NCBI GenBank assembly: GCA_002269645.1
Contig: NIVC01000186.1
Coordinates: 652,001 to 716,000, forward strand
Length of the DNA: 64,000 nt
Direction of reading: 5' to 3'
Source of the DNA: Macrostomum lignano
Lineage: Eukaryota
A program made the translations under genes and the position numbers. This document shows positions 50,062 to 61,239 of this stretch, one piece after another (the first letter of the stretch is position 1; each line of letters starts with the position of its first letter). The notes beneath the pieces are model-generated. The model saw only the letters and a program-made list of their open reading frames with translations. It was not told the origin of the DNA and made no database searches.

Positions 50062-53000
50062 ATGCTGGACCATTCGATGTGCCCCAGATGGGCGCAGGAC
50101 TTTTGCGAGATCCGGCTGCACGTGGACTTTGAAAACAAGATGCTGATGCCGCTGGGCGTCTCCGGGATCGGCTACGAGGAAGCCGCCTGCTTTGACGTGC
50201 TGCTGTACGGCCGGGAGCGCTGTCAACCCAACTGCAGGCAGATCGCCTGTGGCAGGTGCCGGCCAAGGGTGCTGTACAGGGACTGCGCTGTCAAGCCGAA
50301 CGTGAGTCACATTTTTTACATGCCTGCATTTTTGTAGCCCTACCAATTCCCTCTCTAGCTGAACTCTTTCCTTTCAATTCAAGTTTTAGTTTCTTAATCT
50401 TAGATCCTGCACACAAGCTGCTCTTATCTTACCTGAACAGCACTCCAGCTCCTGCACGCAAGCTGCTCTTATCTGAACAGCACCCCAGATACTGCACGCA
50501 AGCTGCTCTTACCTGAACAGCACCCCAGCTCCTGCACGCAAGCTGCTCTTATCTGAACAGCACCCCAGCTCCTGCACGCAAGCTGCTCTTATCTGAACAG
50601 CACCCCAGCTCCTGCACGCAAGCTGCTCTTATCTGAACAGCACCCCAGCTCCAGCACACAAGCTGCTCTTATCTTACCTGAACAGCACCCCAGCTCCAGC
50701 ACACAAGCTGCTCTTATCTTACCTGAACAGCACCCCAGCTCCTGCACACGAGCTGCTCTTATCTTACCTGAGCAGCACCCCAGCTCCTGCAAGCAAGCTG
50801 CTCTTATCTTACCTGAACAGCACCCCAGCTCCAGCACACAAGCTGCTCTTATCTTACCTGAACAGCACCCCAGCTCCTGCACACGAGCTGCTCTTATCTT
50901 ACCTGAGCAGCACCCCAGCTCCTGCAAGCAAGCTGCTCTTACCTGAATTACAGGGGCCTGGCCTAGCCTATAGTCCGCACAGCGAGTACCTGTACTGCCT
51001 AAAGTGTCACCAGCAGCCGGCCACCGCACTGCTGTCGCTGACGCCGCACGAGCAGGACGTTGAAGTGAAAGAGCTCGGCCTCCTAGCCTGCTGGTTCGCC
51101 ACCTGGTTCCAGCGCGCCAAAGCGTCCGCAACGGTGAGCACCTGCAGCCAGGGCGCGGCAACCTGCGCCGATGTCTCCATAGTCCCCATCGCTACCGCAC
51201 CGCCGCCGCCACCGCCGCAGCAGCGACAGCGAGAAAGTCATCGACAACAACAGCAACAACAGCAACAACAACAGCAACAACAACAGCAGCAGCAGCAGCG
51301 ACAGCTGCAAGACCAGCAGCTGGAGGAGCAGGAGGCGGAGCAGTACCAAGATGAGGCGCAGGGCGAAGGCGACGGCTGCGGAGATGGCGAAGGCGAAGCT
51401 GAAGCCGATGTGGAGCAGCTCACGAGGCCGATGCAAACTAAATATGTTGCTACAGCGACGTCCAAATCTGCTATGAAGCTGCGCAGGTTCGACAATTCCA
51501 GCGGCTTAAATACCACTAGCAAGTGAGCACGGGGATCTGGGAGCGTGTGCATGAGTACAGCCTGAGTACAGTATTGGCTCGCTTGAGCATGCCTGTGCTC
51601 TAAAGTCAGCACAAATCAATTCCATCCTTCCATCCGTGCCCTGGCGCAGGTACCTGCCAAACATGCGCATCATCTACCAGGTGCGCAAGGAGCGCATGAC
51701 GGTGACCCTGCCGGAGCCCGACCAGTTGAAACGCAACATCGACGTTCAGCTGCTGTGCCGCAAGGAGGGCGACCAGCCGCAGTTGCAGACGGCGTCTCTG
51801 CGACCCGGGGACGAGCAGGCCAGCTGCGAGCTGATCGCAGCCAGGGACACCCCCTACACCCTGATGGTGAAGCTGCCTAACATGGGCCAGCCTCTAGAGC
51901 TGCTGGACCTCGTCACCGAGCGCAAGGTGCTTCGAGTACAGGAGTCCCGCCTGGCGCCCAAGTTCATGAACTTCCTCATGGAACGCCGGGTCGACCAACG
52001 TGCCACCTTCGTGCTCCACGTCACATTCGACGAAAAATCGATTGACGTCGACACGCCTTGGCTGGGCGAGTTCTTTTTGGACGTTGATTCGGTTCAAAAC
52101 ACCCTCATCATTGGCACCGTGAACGGCTTGGAGCGCAAAATCTACCGAGTTGAGAAGCTGCTCGGCCGGCACGAGGACGGCACGGCCCGCCCAGACTCGC
52201 GCACCATCGTGTTTGAGGGCAGCGTCCACCCGGTGACGATGCGCACCATGGAAAGCGTGAGCCTGGACCACGAGTCCGACTACCTCATCAGCGTGGTGGA
52301 TCCCGACAACCGCAGTGTGCTGCCAGCTTCCGTGCTGTCCGTCCGCAGCCGGTCCCTCTACGTCAAGGAGGTCAAAGGCGGCGACGTTCGCCTCCACGTC
52401 ACTGTGCAGCGCGACCTACCGTCGGCGAGTTCGACAACGGCCAGCAACAATGACAACAGCCTCGATGCGGCCACGGCGCAGCAGCAGCAGCTGTCGAGCA
52501 ACAGCGTCCTGGAGCTGCAGCCGCCCTTCCAGCGCCAGCCCGACGGCAGCTTCTGCTGCCCACTGGGCATTGGCATCGGCGGCAGCCGAACTCGCTATCG
52601 AATTCTGCACACGAGCGGCAGCCGGCCGCTCAGTCGCCGCTCTGGCCAGGCCGGCCTACGCTCCACCAGCCGCGGCTCCACGGCTACATCCGTCTCTGCG
52701 GCGGCTGCGGCGGCGGCTACCAATGCCGCTCTTGAGGCGGCCGACGCGTCGACTTATTCGTGCGGCGGCAGCGTCGGCAGCGGCGTTGGCGTAGGCTGCC
52801 GAAGCAGCAGTCGGCATGACGACTCCGGGCTCGGCCGCAATCCCAGCAGCCTATCCGAAGGCTTGGACGCGTCAACCGCGGCAACAACGTACCAAGCCGG
52901 GATCTGCCTGCACCTGGACGTTGATTTGGCCAAGCTGAAGGCCCGCCTGCTGCCATCCGAGGCTGGCAGGTCAAATGTTTCAAACGACGCCGACTCGGAC

Positions 53001-53243
53001 GGCAGCAACGCCAGCTGCTATCTGATTGTGGAGGAGCCCCGACTTGGCGGCAAGGCGCGGTCTTCGCCCTGCCAGCTTGGCCAGGAGTTCAGCGTCAGCC
53101 GGTGGTGCCGATACACCGTCAAAGCAATCGAAGAGTGCAGCGTCAGCCCGTTATTCACGTTTCGTCTAACAGACCAGGACGTGACGGACGTGAAGCAGTG
53201 CGGCCTGCAGCCGGTGCAGCTCACACAGAGCGTCGCGCGATGA
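50062..53243 (+). CDS. Uncharacterised ~800-aa protein (Cys-rich N-terminus, polyQ/acidic linker, beta-rich region), 3 exons
   Basis: Exons 50062-50301 (|GTGAGT), 50954-51522 (TTACAG| ... AA|GTGAGC), 51650-53243 (GCGCAG|G) join in frame; strong GC3 codon bias. Confidence 0.72.
50400..50945. repeat. 40/45-bp minisatellite in intron 1 of the 800-aa gene
   Basis: Unit CTGAACAGCACCCCAGCTCCTGCACGCAAGCTGCTCTTAT, with or without CTTAC. Confidence 0.93.
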
Positions 53244-53614
53244 TCCTTCAGCCAGCAGCTGGAACAATACTGAGCATTTTTTCTCCCGAGCCCAATCCTC
53301 TCCTTTGTTCGACTGACTATACAGTTTGCTTTTTGTGAAGAACTGATCGTTTTTTATTGCCGGCCAATCGTCATTGGACTGACTGGGCTCGGCAGGAGCC
53401 ATCATATTTTTTTCATTTTCTGTACCACCGCAGGGCTGGGCTGGGCAGTTTTTGACACGAAAAAACTCGACTCGACAAACCATTGGTTTTTTCTTACTTA
53501 AAAACATTGCTGCGACTGAGGCTTCCTCATTTTCTACTTTCTTTGCAACAGCGGAGATTTAAAATCTTCATCTGCTTAGCAAGTCGCTAGTTATGGACTG
53601 AGGACTGAGCAGAA

Positions 53615-53772
53615 CAATCGATCAATCAATTAATCAATCCATCAATCAGTCAATCAATCAATTAATCGATCAATCAATCAATCGATTGTTTGTAAATCAA
53701 TCGATCGATCGATCAATCAATCAAACAATCAGAAAAATCAATCAATCAATTTATCAATCAATCAATCAATCT
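53615..53772. repeat. Degenerate (ATCA)n microsatellite between convergent genes
   Basis: Read directly. Confidence 0.85.
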
Positions 53773-54441
53773 ATAAGCACCTTGCGAAACACATTACTGC
53801 AACCTAACCTAACGTCAGCTCAAGCAAAGCACGAATTAAATTCATTACGAGAAACTTTTCAATGACAATTGACTCGGGAAAGATGCGGTATAACAAAATG
53901 TGACCTTTTTGAACTTTTTTAGGTTCTATATATTTACTACTGCAGAGTAAGATACACAAAATAAGCAGTAGTATGCTACGAACATTCTCAGCAAAAAATA
54001 CAAAGCGGCAGAAATGAATTTATGGAGCAATAGAGATTTTACGAGGAGAAGCTAAACTAAAAAGCTGAAGCCGAAAAAACCCCGGGCAAGGCACTCGCAA
54101 AACCAGCTGTACAATCAGAGTCAAACTGTACACAGGCGCACTCATTAAATCAAATCTAAAGCTACTTTAAAACGTCGGACAACAACAAACAAACTATTCC
54201 TAGGCAACTAGTGTTCTAAAAAATTAATATTGTGATTAACTTCTATAAAAAATCAAACTGCTAAAAACACAGAAGCAAGCAGCTAGACAGCTACTATTAG
54301 TAGATGGAAAGGCTATTGACAACGAAACTTAACTAAAATAAAAATGAACTCTGTTTATGCGAAATGTACATATAGTATTTGTTATAAAAAAGTCAACGGC
54401 AACTCGCACCAATTTGAATTGCGATATTATCCTGTAAAACA

Positions 54442-57400
54442 TCACTGCTGCTGTTCAGCGAATTTCACCCGCTTCTCCTGCTGCTGCTGCTGCTCACGTC
54501 GATACCGCGGCAGACGACGGCTTCGGCGAACACCCTGGCCAGCCGGCGGAGCTTCGGACGACAATAATCGATTTTCACCGGCGTAGCCTTCGGCAGCGAC
54601 AGCAGCGGCAGCTGCAGCGGCGGCGGCGGCAACCACGTCGGCTCCGAACAGCTCCGGATCGGAATGATGTCGCTTAGTCCGCCGGCTCAGGCCGCCGCCG
54701 GCTTCGGCGCCGCTGCCATCAGCGGCACCCCTGCCGCCTTGAGATCGTTTGGCACCGCCGCCACGGACGCCGCCGTCAGATGAAGCGGCAGCGGCCGCGG
54801 CGTCGGCCTCCGTGTCGCTGTCCTCCTCCAGCAGGAAGTCGTCGTCAGACCAGCAGGCCGCTTTGCCGTGGACCCCGTCATCATCATCGGAGTCTTCTTC
54901 GTAGTCGTCGTCGTCGTCGTCGAAATTCTCGCCGCACCAGTAGCTGTCGCAATCGTCGTCGTCGTTGAAGTCGACAAAATTGGCAAAACGGCGGCCAGCG
55001 GGGCTGTTGTCAGCAGCTCCGGCGGCGGCGGCGGCGGCGGCTCCCGCAGGCCGGTCGATCCGGCAGACCATCTCGGCCAGGTCGGTGAACCGCAGCGAGG
55101 CGTCCTCCCGCCCGCCAGCCATCAGCACGTCGGCTACCTCCTGGGCAACCTGGCGTTTCAACACTGGCAGCTTCTTGGCGCGGGCCCAGCGCTCGATCTG
55201 ATCCAGGCAGTACCGGTAGCCGACATTGTTGATTTCGTCGAATGAGCCGAACTGCAGAGTGCCGTAGGCTTCGATCGGAGGGCGCATGTACTCGCAGATG
55301 CCGTCGGATTTGACGCTCTCGAGCTGGCGCACGCAGGACACGTAGGCTAGGCGGGACTGGATCTCCGTCAGGTTGGGCACGTTCACCTGGAGAGCGGGGC
55401 GGGGCGAGGTAGCTATGGAAGAGTGATAGAGCTTTGCTGTGGTAGCTATGGAAGAGTGATAGAGCTTTGCTGTGGTAGCTATGGAAGAGTGATAGAGCTT
55501 TGCTGTGGTAGCTACGGAAGAACCTAAGGGGGCTTGTGTTGAGGTAGCTATTGTGTTGAGGTAGCTATTGTGTTGAGGTAGCTATTGTGTTGAGGTAGCT
55601 ATTGTGTTGAGGTAGCTATTGTGTTGAGGTAGCTATTGTGTTGAGGTAGCTATTGTGTTGAGGTAGCTATTGTGTTGAGGTAGCTATTGAAGACCAAAGA
55701 GGGCTTGTGTTGAGGTAGCTATTGTGTTGAGGTAGCTATTGTGTTGAGGTAGCTATTGAAGACCAAAGAGGGCTTGTTGAGATCCGAATGCAGACGCGCA
55801 CTCACCCGCACAGAGAAGGGATTAAGCTTCTTATAAAGCAGCCACCAGCCGGACAGCTCGTCGCCATAATTAGTCAGATTAGTCTCATCCTGAGAGCCGA
55901 CATCCACTGCAAACACGGTGGACGGTCCGTACTTGGATCGCATCACGTCGGCTGGCAGGTTGTTGACGTAGCCGCCGTCCAGAAGCAGGTTGCCGCTCTC
56001 CGGGTCGCATAGGGGTGGCAGGTAGCCGCTCAGAGACATGCTGGCTCGAACGTAGCGCCACAATGAGCCGCTGGTGTGCACCCGCATCTGCGACTTTGTT
56101 ATATCCGTTGTGATGCAGAAATACGGCAGCCAGAGATCTTCAATGTTTCTGTCGCGGAATACCGCCTCGATGCCGCGGTTGAAGGCGCGCCCGGTGAACA
56201 TGGCCGTCTGTGGGTAGGTCAGGTCGGCCAGCTTGCTCCACAGCGAGCTCATCTCGCGAGAGAATTTCCTGGCTCGGTCCTGGCCAATGTTGCATGGGGT
56301 GAGTTTATTAATTTGGTTATTACTACGAATAAGGATAACAGGAAGAATTATGCATCTCTAAAGAGTTGGGGAAAAAGGGAAAAAGGGGATGAGGCAGTGC
56401 AAGCAATAGGCAGCTGGGAGGGAGAGAAGAATGAGAGGCGAGAGGGAGAGAGGGAGGGGAAGGAGAGGGAGGGGAAGGAGAGGGAGGGGGAGGAGAGGGA
56501 GAGAGTGAGAGGGAGAGGGAAAGAGGGAGAGAGGGAGAGGGAGAGAGGGAGAGAGGGAGAGGGATAGAGGGAGAGGGAGAGAAGGGGAGAGGGAGAGAGG
56601 GAGAGAGGGAGAGAGGGAGAGGGAGAGAAGGGGAGAGGGAGAGAGGGAGAGAGGGAGAGAGGGAGAGGGAGAGAGAGAGGGAGAGGGAAAGAGGGAGAGA
56701 GGGAGAGGGAGAGAGGGAGAGAGGGAGAGAAGGGGAGAGGGAGAGAGGGAGAGGAAGAGAGGGATAGAGGGAGAGGGAGAAAGAGAGAGGGAGAGGGAAA
56801 GAGGGAGAGAGGGAGAGGGAGAGAGGAGAGAAGGGGAGAGGGAGAGAGGGAGAGAGGGAGAGAGAGAGAGAGAGAGGAGAGGGAAAGAGGGAGAGGGAGA
56901 GGGAGAGAGGGAGAGAAGGGGAGAGGGAGAGAGGGAGAGAGGGAGAGAGGGAGAGAAGGGGAGAGGGAGAGAGGGAGAGAGGGAGAGAGGGAGAGGGAGA
57001 GAGGGAGAGAGGGAGAGAGGAAGAGAGGGAGAGAGGGAGAGAGGGAGAGAGGGAGAGGGAGAGAGAGAGGGAGAGAGAGGGAGAGAGGGAGAGAGGAGAG
57101 AAGGAGAGAGGGAGAGAGAGAGGGGAGAGAGGGAGAGAGGAAGGAGAGAGGAGAGAGGGAGAGAAGGAGAGAGGGAGAGAGGGAGAGAGGAGAGAGGGAG
57201 AGAGAGAGGGAGAGGGAGAGAGAGAGAGGGAGAGAGGGAGAGAAGGAGAGAGGGAGAGAAGGAGAGAGGGAGAGAGGGAGAGAGGGAGAGAGGGAGAGAA
57301 GGAGAGAGGAAGAGAGGGAGAGAGGGAGAGAAGGGGAGAGGGAGAGAGGGAGAGAGGGAGAGAGGGAGAGAGGGAGAGAGGGAGAGAAGGGGAGAGGAGA

Positions 57401-60371
57401 GAGAATGAGCGTAGGGCAAATATTGTATATTCTCATTCCATTTGTACAATAATTAGGTATTGCATAAGGTGAAAAAATAAAATAATTGGAATGATAGGAA
57501 AAGTGAATTAGTCCAATCCCGCTATTCCGGAGTCAATTAAATAAAATTACCTGAAATCGGTCCAATCGTTGCGTCTCCTCCGCCCACAGAGCGCCAACAA
57601 AAGAGCCAATCGAGGTGCCGCCAACCATGTCGATAGGGATGCCAGCCTCAGTCAGGGCGCGGATCACGCCCAGATGCGACAGGCCCCGGGCCCCGCCGCC
57701 GCCCAGCACCAGGCCAACGGCTGTGCTAGTGATAACCCTGGCCAGCCGGCACATGTCCGACATTGGATTGGGCGGCTCGGACAGCACATCCCTGTAGGTC
57801 TCCAGCACTCGATTGGAACTGCGCCGGGCGAACACGCGCTTAGGCACCCGGATGTGCAGGTGCTGCTGGATAACTAGCTGATTATCGAAGTGCGGCTCAG
57901 AAGCTTTGTTAAGAAGCTCCGCCGCCTTGCCTGGCGTTGGGTACTCGACTGATTCGCGGTGCAGCAGGATCAGCATGTTCAGCAACCGGCTGGAGTCCGG
58001 CAGCACCACCTGAGGTTTGGAGACACAGAAGTGAGGAAAACAATGGGATATAGCACGCCTGATATCACATGATCCAGCTTGAATCCACCCCATAATCCAG
58101 CCCCAATCCACCCCACAATCCAGCCCCAATCCACCCCATAATCCAGCCCCAATCCACCCCATAACCCAGCCCCAATCCACCCCATAACCCAGCCCCGATC
58201 CACCCCATAACCCAGCCCCAATCCACCCCATAACCCAGCCCCGATCCACCCCATAACCCAGCCCCAATCCACCCCATAACCCAGCCTCAATCCACCCCAC
58301 AATACAGCGTCAATCCACCCCACAACCCAAGCCAGAACCACCCCATAATCCACAACACAATCCAGCCCCAATCCACACAGAAAAGCAGATAAAAATCAAA
58401 TCCCAACACTAACCCGCTTAACGTGATTCATAGCGTCAACTTTCTCGTCGGCCAAGGCCACAATCAGCAGACAGTCGGCCTGTCGAATGCAACGCCGAGT
58501 CCAGACGGTGCGCTCGAGATCGCACAGGTACAGCAGCAGCCGGTGATTGTCCTCCTGCTGGGCCAGCCAGCTGGTCATTCTATACTCATTGTCGCGCTCG
58601 AATGCCCGCCGACCGAACCGTTTGAGCACAATCTGCGAGGTCAGGCGCATGCTGGGCCCAACAATAGACAGGGCGTGCTGCAGCTCCAAGGCGAAGGCCT
58701 CGAGCGGCACCCGCGAGCTGGCTGGGAACAGCGCCACGGAGCGGAGGTTGGCCATGGGCACCCGGTGCAGGTCCACCATGTCGGCGCCGCGGCCTGAGCC
58801 GCCGGGATTGTCAACAATGTTGCCTAGCAGTCGCTGGGACAGCACTGTGATCAACCGGGTGACGATGTGCGGGTGCCGGCGCTTGATCATGTTCAGCAGG
58901 TCAACGGGGATCTGGGCGAGTTCGCTGTCACGGACAGCGATGACCGTGGTGGCGCGGGGGCGCAGGGTGAACACCTGCGCGAATTTAGAATTGGATGCAG
59001 GTTCTGGTAGAGTGCCTAGCAACGGAGGATCTGGGAGGCTGGCCCAGCAACTGAGCATCTGGGAGGCTGGCCCAGCAACTGAGGATCTGGGAGGCTGGCC
59101 TAGCAACTGAGGATCTGGGAGGCTGGCCACCAGCAACTGAGGATCTGGGAGGCTGGCCCAGCAACTGAGGATCTGGGAGGCTGGTCCGGCAACTGAGGAT
59201 CTGAGAGGCTGGCCCAGCAACTGAGGATCTGGGAGGCTGGCCACCAGCAACTGAGGATCTGGGAGGCTGGCCCAGCAACTGAGGATATGGGAGGCTGGCC
59301 ACCAGCAACGGAGGATCTGGGAGGCTGGCCACCAGCAACTGAGGATCTGGGAGGCTGGCCACCAGCAACTGAGGATCTGGGAGGCTGGCCACCAGCAACT
59401 GAGGATCTGGGAGGCTGGCCCAGCAACTGAGGATCTGGGAGGCTGGCCACCAGCAACGGAGGATCTGGGAGGCTGGCCACCAGCAACGGAGGATCTGGGA
59501 GGCTGGCCACCAGCAACTGAGGATCTGGGAGGCTGGCCACCAGCAACTGAGGATCTGGGAGGCTGGCCCAGCAACTGAGGATCTGGGAGGCTGGCCACCA
59601 GCAACGGAGGATCTGGGAGGCTGGCCACCAGCAACGGAGGATCTGGGAGGCTGGCCACCAGCAACGGAGGATCTGGGAGGCTGGCCACCAGCAACTGAGG
59701 ATCTGGGAGGCTGGCCCAGCAACTGAGGATATGGGAGGCTGGCCAAACAGCACCGAGAAGCCGCAGAAAGCAGGCAAATATACCTCCAGAAAGCCGATCC
59801 AGTCGCCGCGGCCCAGCTCCCCAGTGAGCTGCTTGTGCCCCTCAGGCGTTGTGTGCGCCTGCCGCAGGCGGCCCTGCAGCACAATATAAACATTGCTGGC
59901 AATGTCGCCCTGTTTATAAAGCGGCTTGCCGGACTCCAGGAACAGCCAATCCAATACGAAGTCAATCTGCCGAAGGAACGGCGACATTCGGCGTACAATA
60001 AAATGCGCCACGTGTAAAGCGGCGCTGGGCTGTTGGCGCAACACAGCGTAGAAATCCCGACAGGTGATCACAGCCACGTGGGCCTCCTCCTCGCAGCGGA
60101 TGGTGAACAGCGACGCTTCGCCAGTCAGCGCTGAAATCATGCCGGTCATCTCGCCGGGCAGCACCGAGTACAGGGTGTTCACTGCGGGTGGCGCGCTGGC
60201 CGACAGCGGGTGGCACTGCTGCAGCAGGTGCAGGCGGCCACTGACTACGAAGAATAGATTGGGCGAATGGTCGCCCTGGCGGACCAGCTTGGCGCCAGCC
60301 TTCACCCTGGCCAGGGTCACCCGGTCCTCCAGTAGCGAGGCGTCCGGCAGGCCGAATACTGCCGCAATGTC
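54442..60371 (-). CDS. PNPLA6/7: Neuropathy target esterase / swiss cheese (PNPLA6/7): last five coding exons; 5' exons lie beyond the window
   Basis: Exons 60371-59784, 58974-58414, 58009-57551, 56279-55806, 55386-54442 (all phase 0, GT-AG); cyclic-nucleotide-binding repeats ([26 protein letters not shown]), patatin [34 protein letters not shown]. Confidence 0.95.
55408..55775. repeat. 33-bp then 17-bp minisatellites in the last PNPLA intron
   Basis: GTAGCTATGGAAGAGTGATAGAGCTTTGCTGTG x3; GAGGTAGCTATTGTGTT xn; both share GGTAGCTAT. Confidence 0.9.
56420..57405. repeat. ~1-kb GA-rich simple repeat (GGGAGAGA) in a PNPLA intron
   Basis: Read directly. Confidence 0.95.
58080..58375. repeat. 23-bp minisatellite (CCACCCCATAACCCAGCCCCAAT) in a PNPLA intron
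   Basis: Read directly. Confidence 0.93.
59020..59748. repeat. 27/30-bp minisatellite (CCAGCAACTGAGGATCTGGGAGGCTGGC[CA]) in a PNPLA intron
   Basis: Fills intron 59783-58975. Confidence 0.95.
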
Positions 60372-60434
60372 CTGCGGGTGGGGGATTGGCTAATCGTTGG
60401 GTGCTCAAATTTATATGGCATAGTGATTTTTCAG

Positions 60435-61175
60435 AGAACCCATCCTACATCACCATATGAGAACCCATCCTACACCATCATATGAGAACCCATCCTACAC
60501 CACCATATGAGAACCCATCCTACACCATCATATAAGAACCCATGCAACACCACTCACAGAGAACCTATCCCATACAACCCACTAGGAAACCCATCCCACA
60601 CCACCCACCGAGAACCTATCCCATACAACCCACTAGGAAACCCATCCCACACCACCTACTGAGATACCACCTTTCTGAGAAACCATCCCACACCACTATA
60701 TAAGAACCCATCCCACACCACCATCTGAGAACCCATCCCACACCACCATCTGAGAACCCATCCCACACCACCATCTGAGAACCCATCCCACACCACCATC
60801 TGAGAACCCATCCCACACCACCATCTGAGAACCCATCCCACACCACCATCTGAGAACCCATCCCACACCACCATCTGAGAACCCATCCCACACCACCATC
60901 TGAGAACCCATCCCACACCACCATCTGAGAACCCATCCCACACCACCATCTGAGAACCCATCCCACACCACCATCTGAGAACCCATCCCACACAACCATC
61001 TGAGAACCCATCCCACACCACCATCTGAGAACCCATCCCACACCACCATCTGAGAACCCATCCCACACCACCATCTGAGAACCCATCCCACACCACCATC
61101 TGAGAACCCATCCCACACAACCATCTGAGAACCCATCCCAACACCACCCATCTGAGAACCTATCCCACAGGCCAC
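60435..61175. repeat. 25-bp minisatellite (ACCATCTGAGAACCCATCCCACACC) in a PNPLA intron
   Basis: Read directly. Confidence 0.95.
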
Positions 61176-61239
61176 ACTACCTATCCAAGAGTGAGAACCC
61201 ATCGCACGCGAAGGCGTATTCAGCATGCCAGTGAAGTAT

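Noticed and set aside
56348-57449. Ser/Leu/Pro-rich 360-aa ORFs, and similar repeat ORFs at 27.3-29.1, 34.6-35.4, 44.6-45.4, 46.6, 58-59.7 and 60.6-61.2 kb
   Set aside because: Stop-free frames through simple or tandem repeats, mostly inside introns of well-supported genes.
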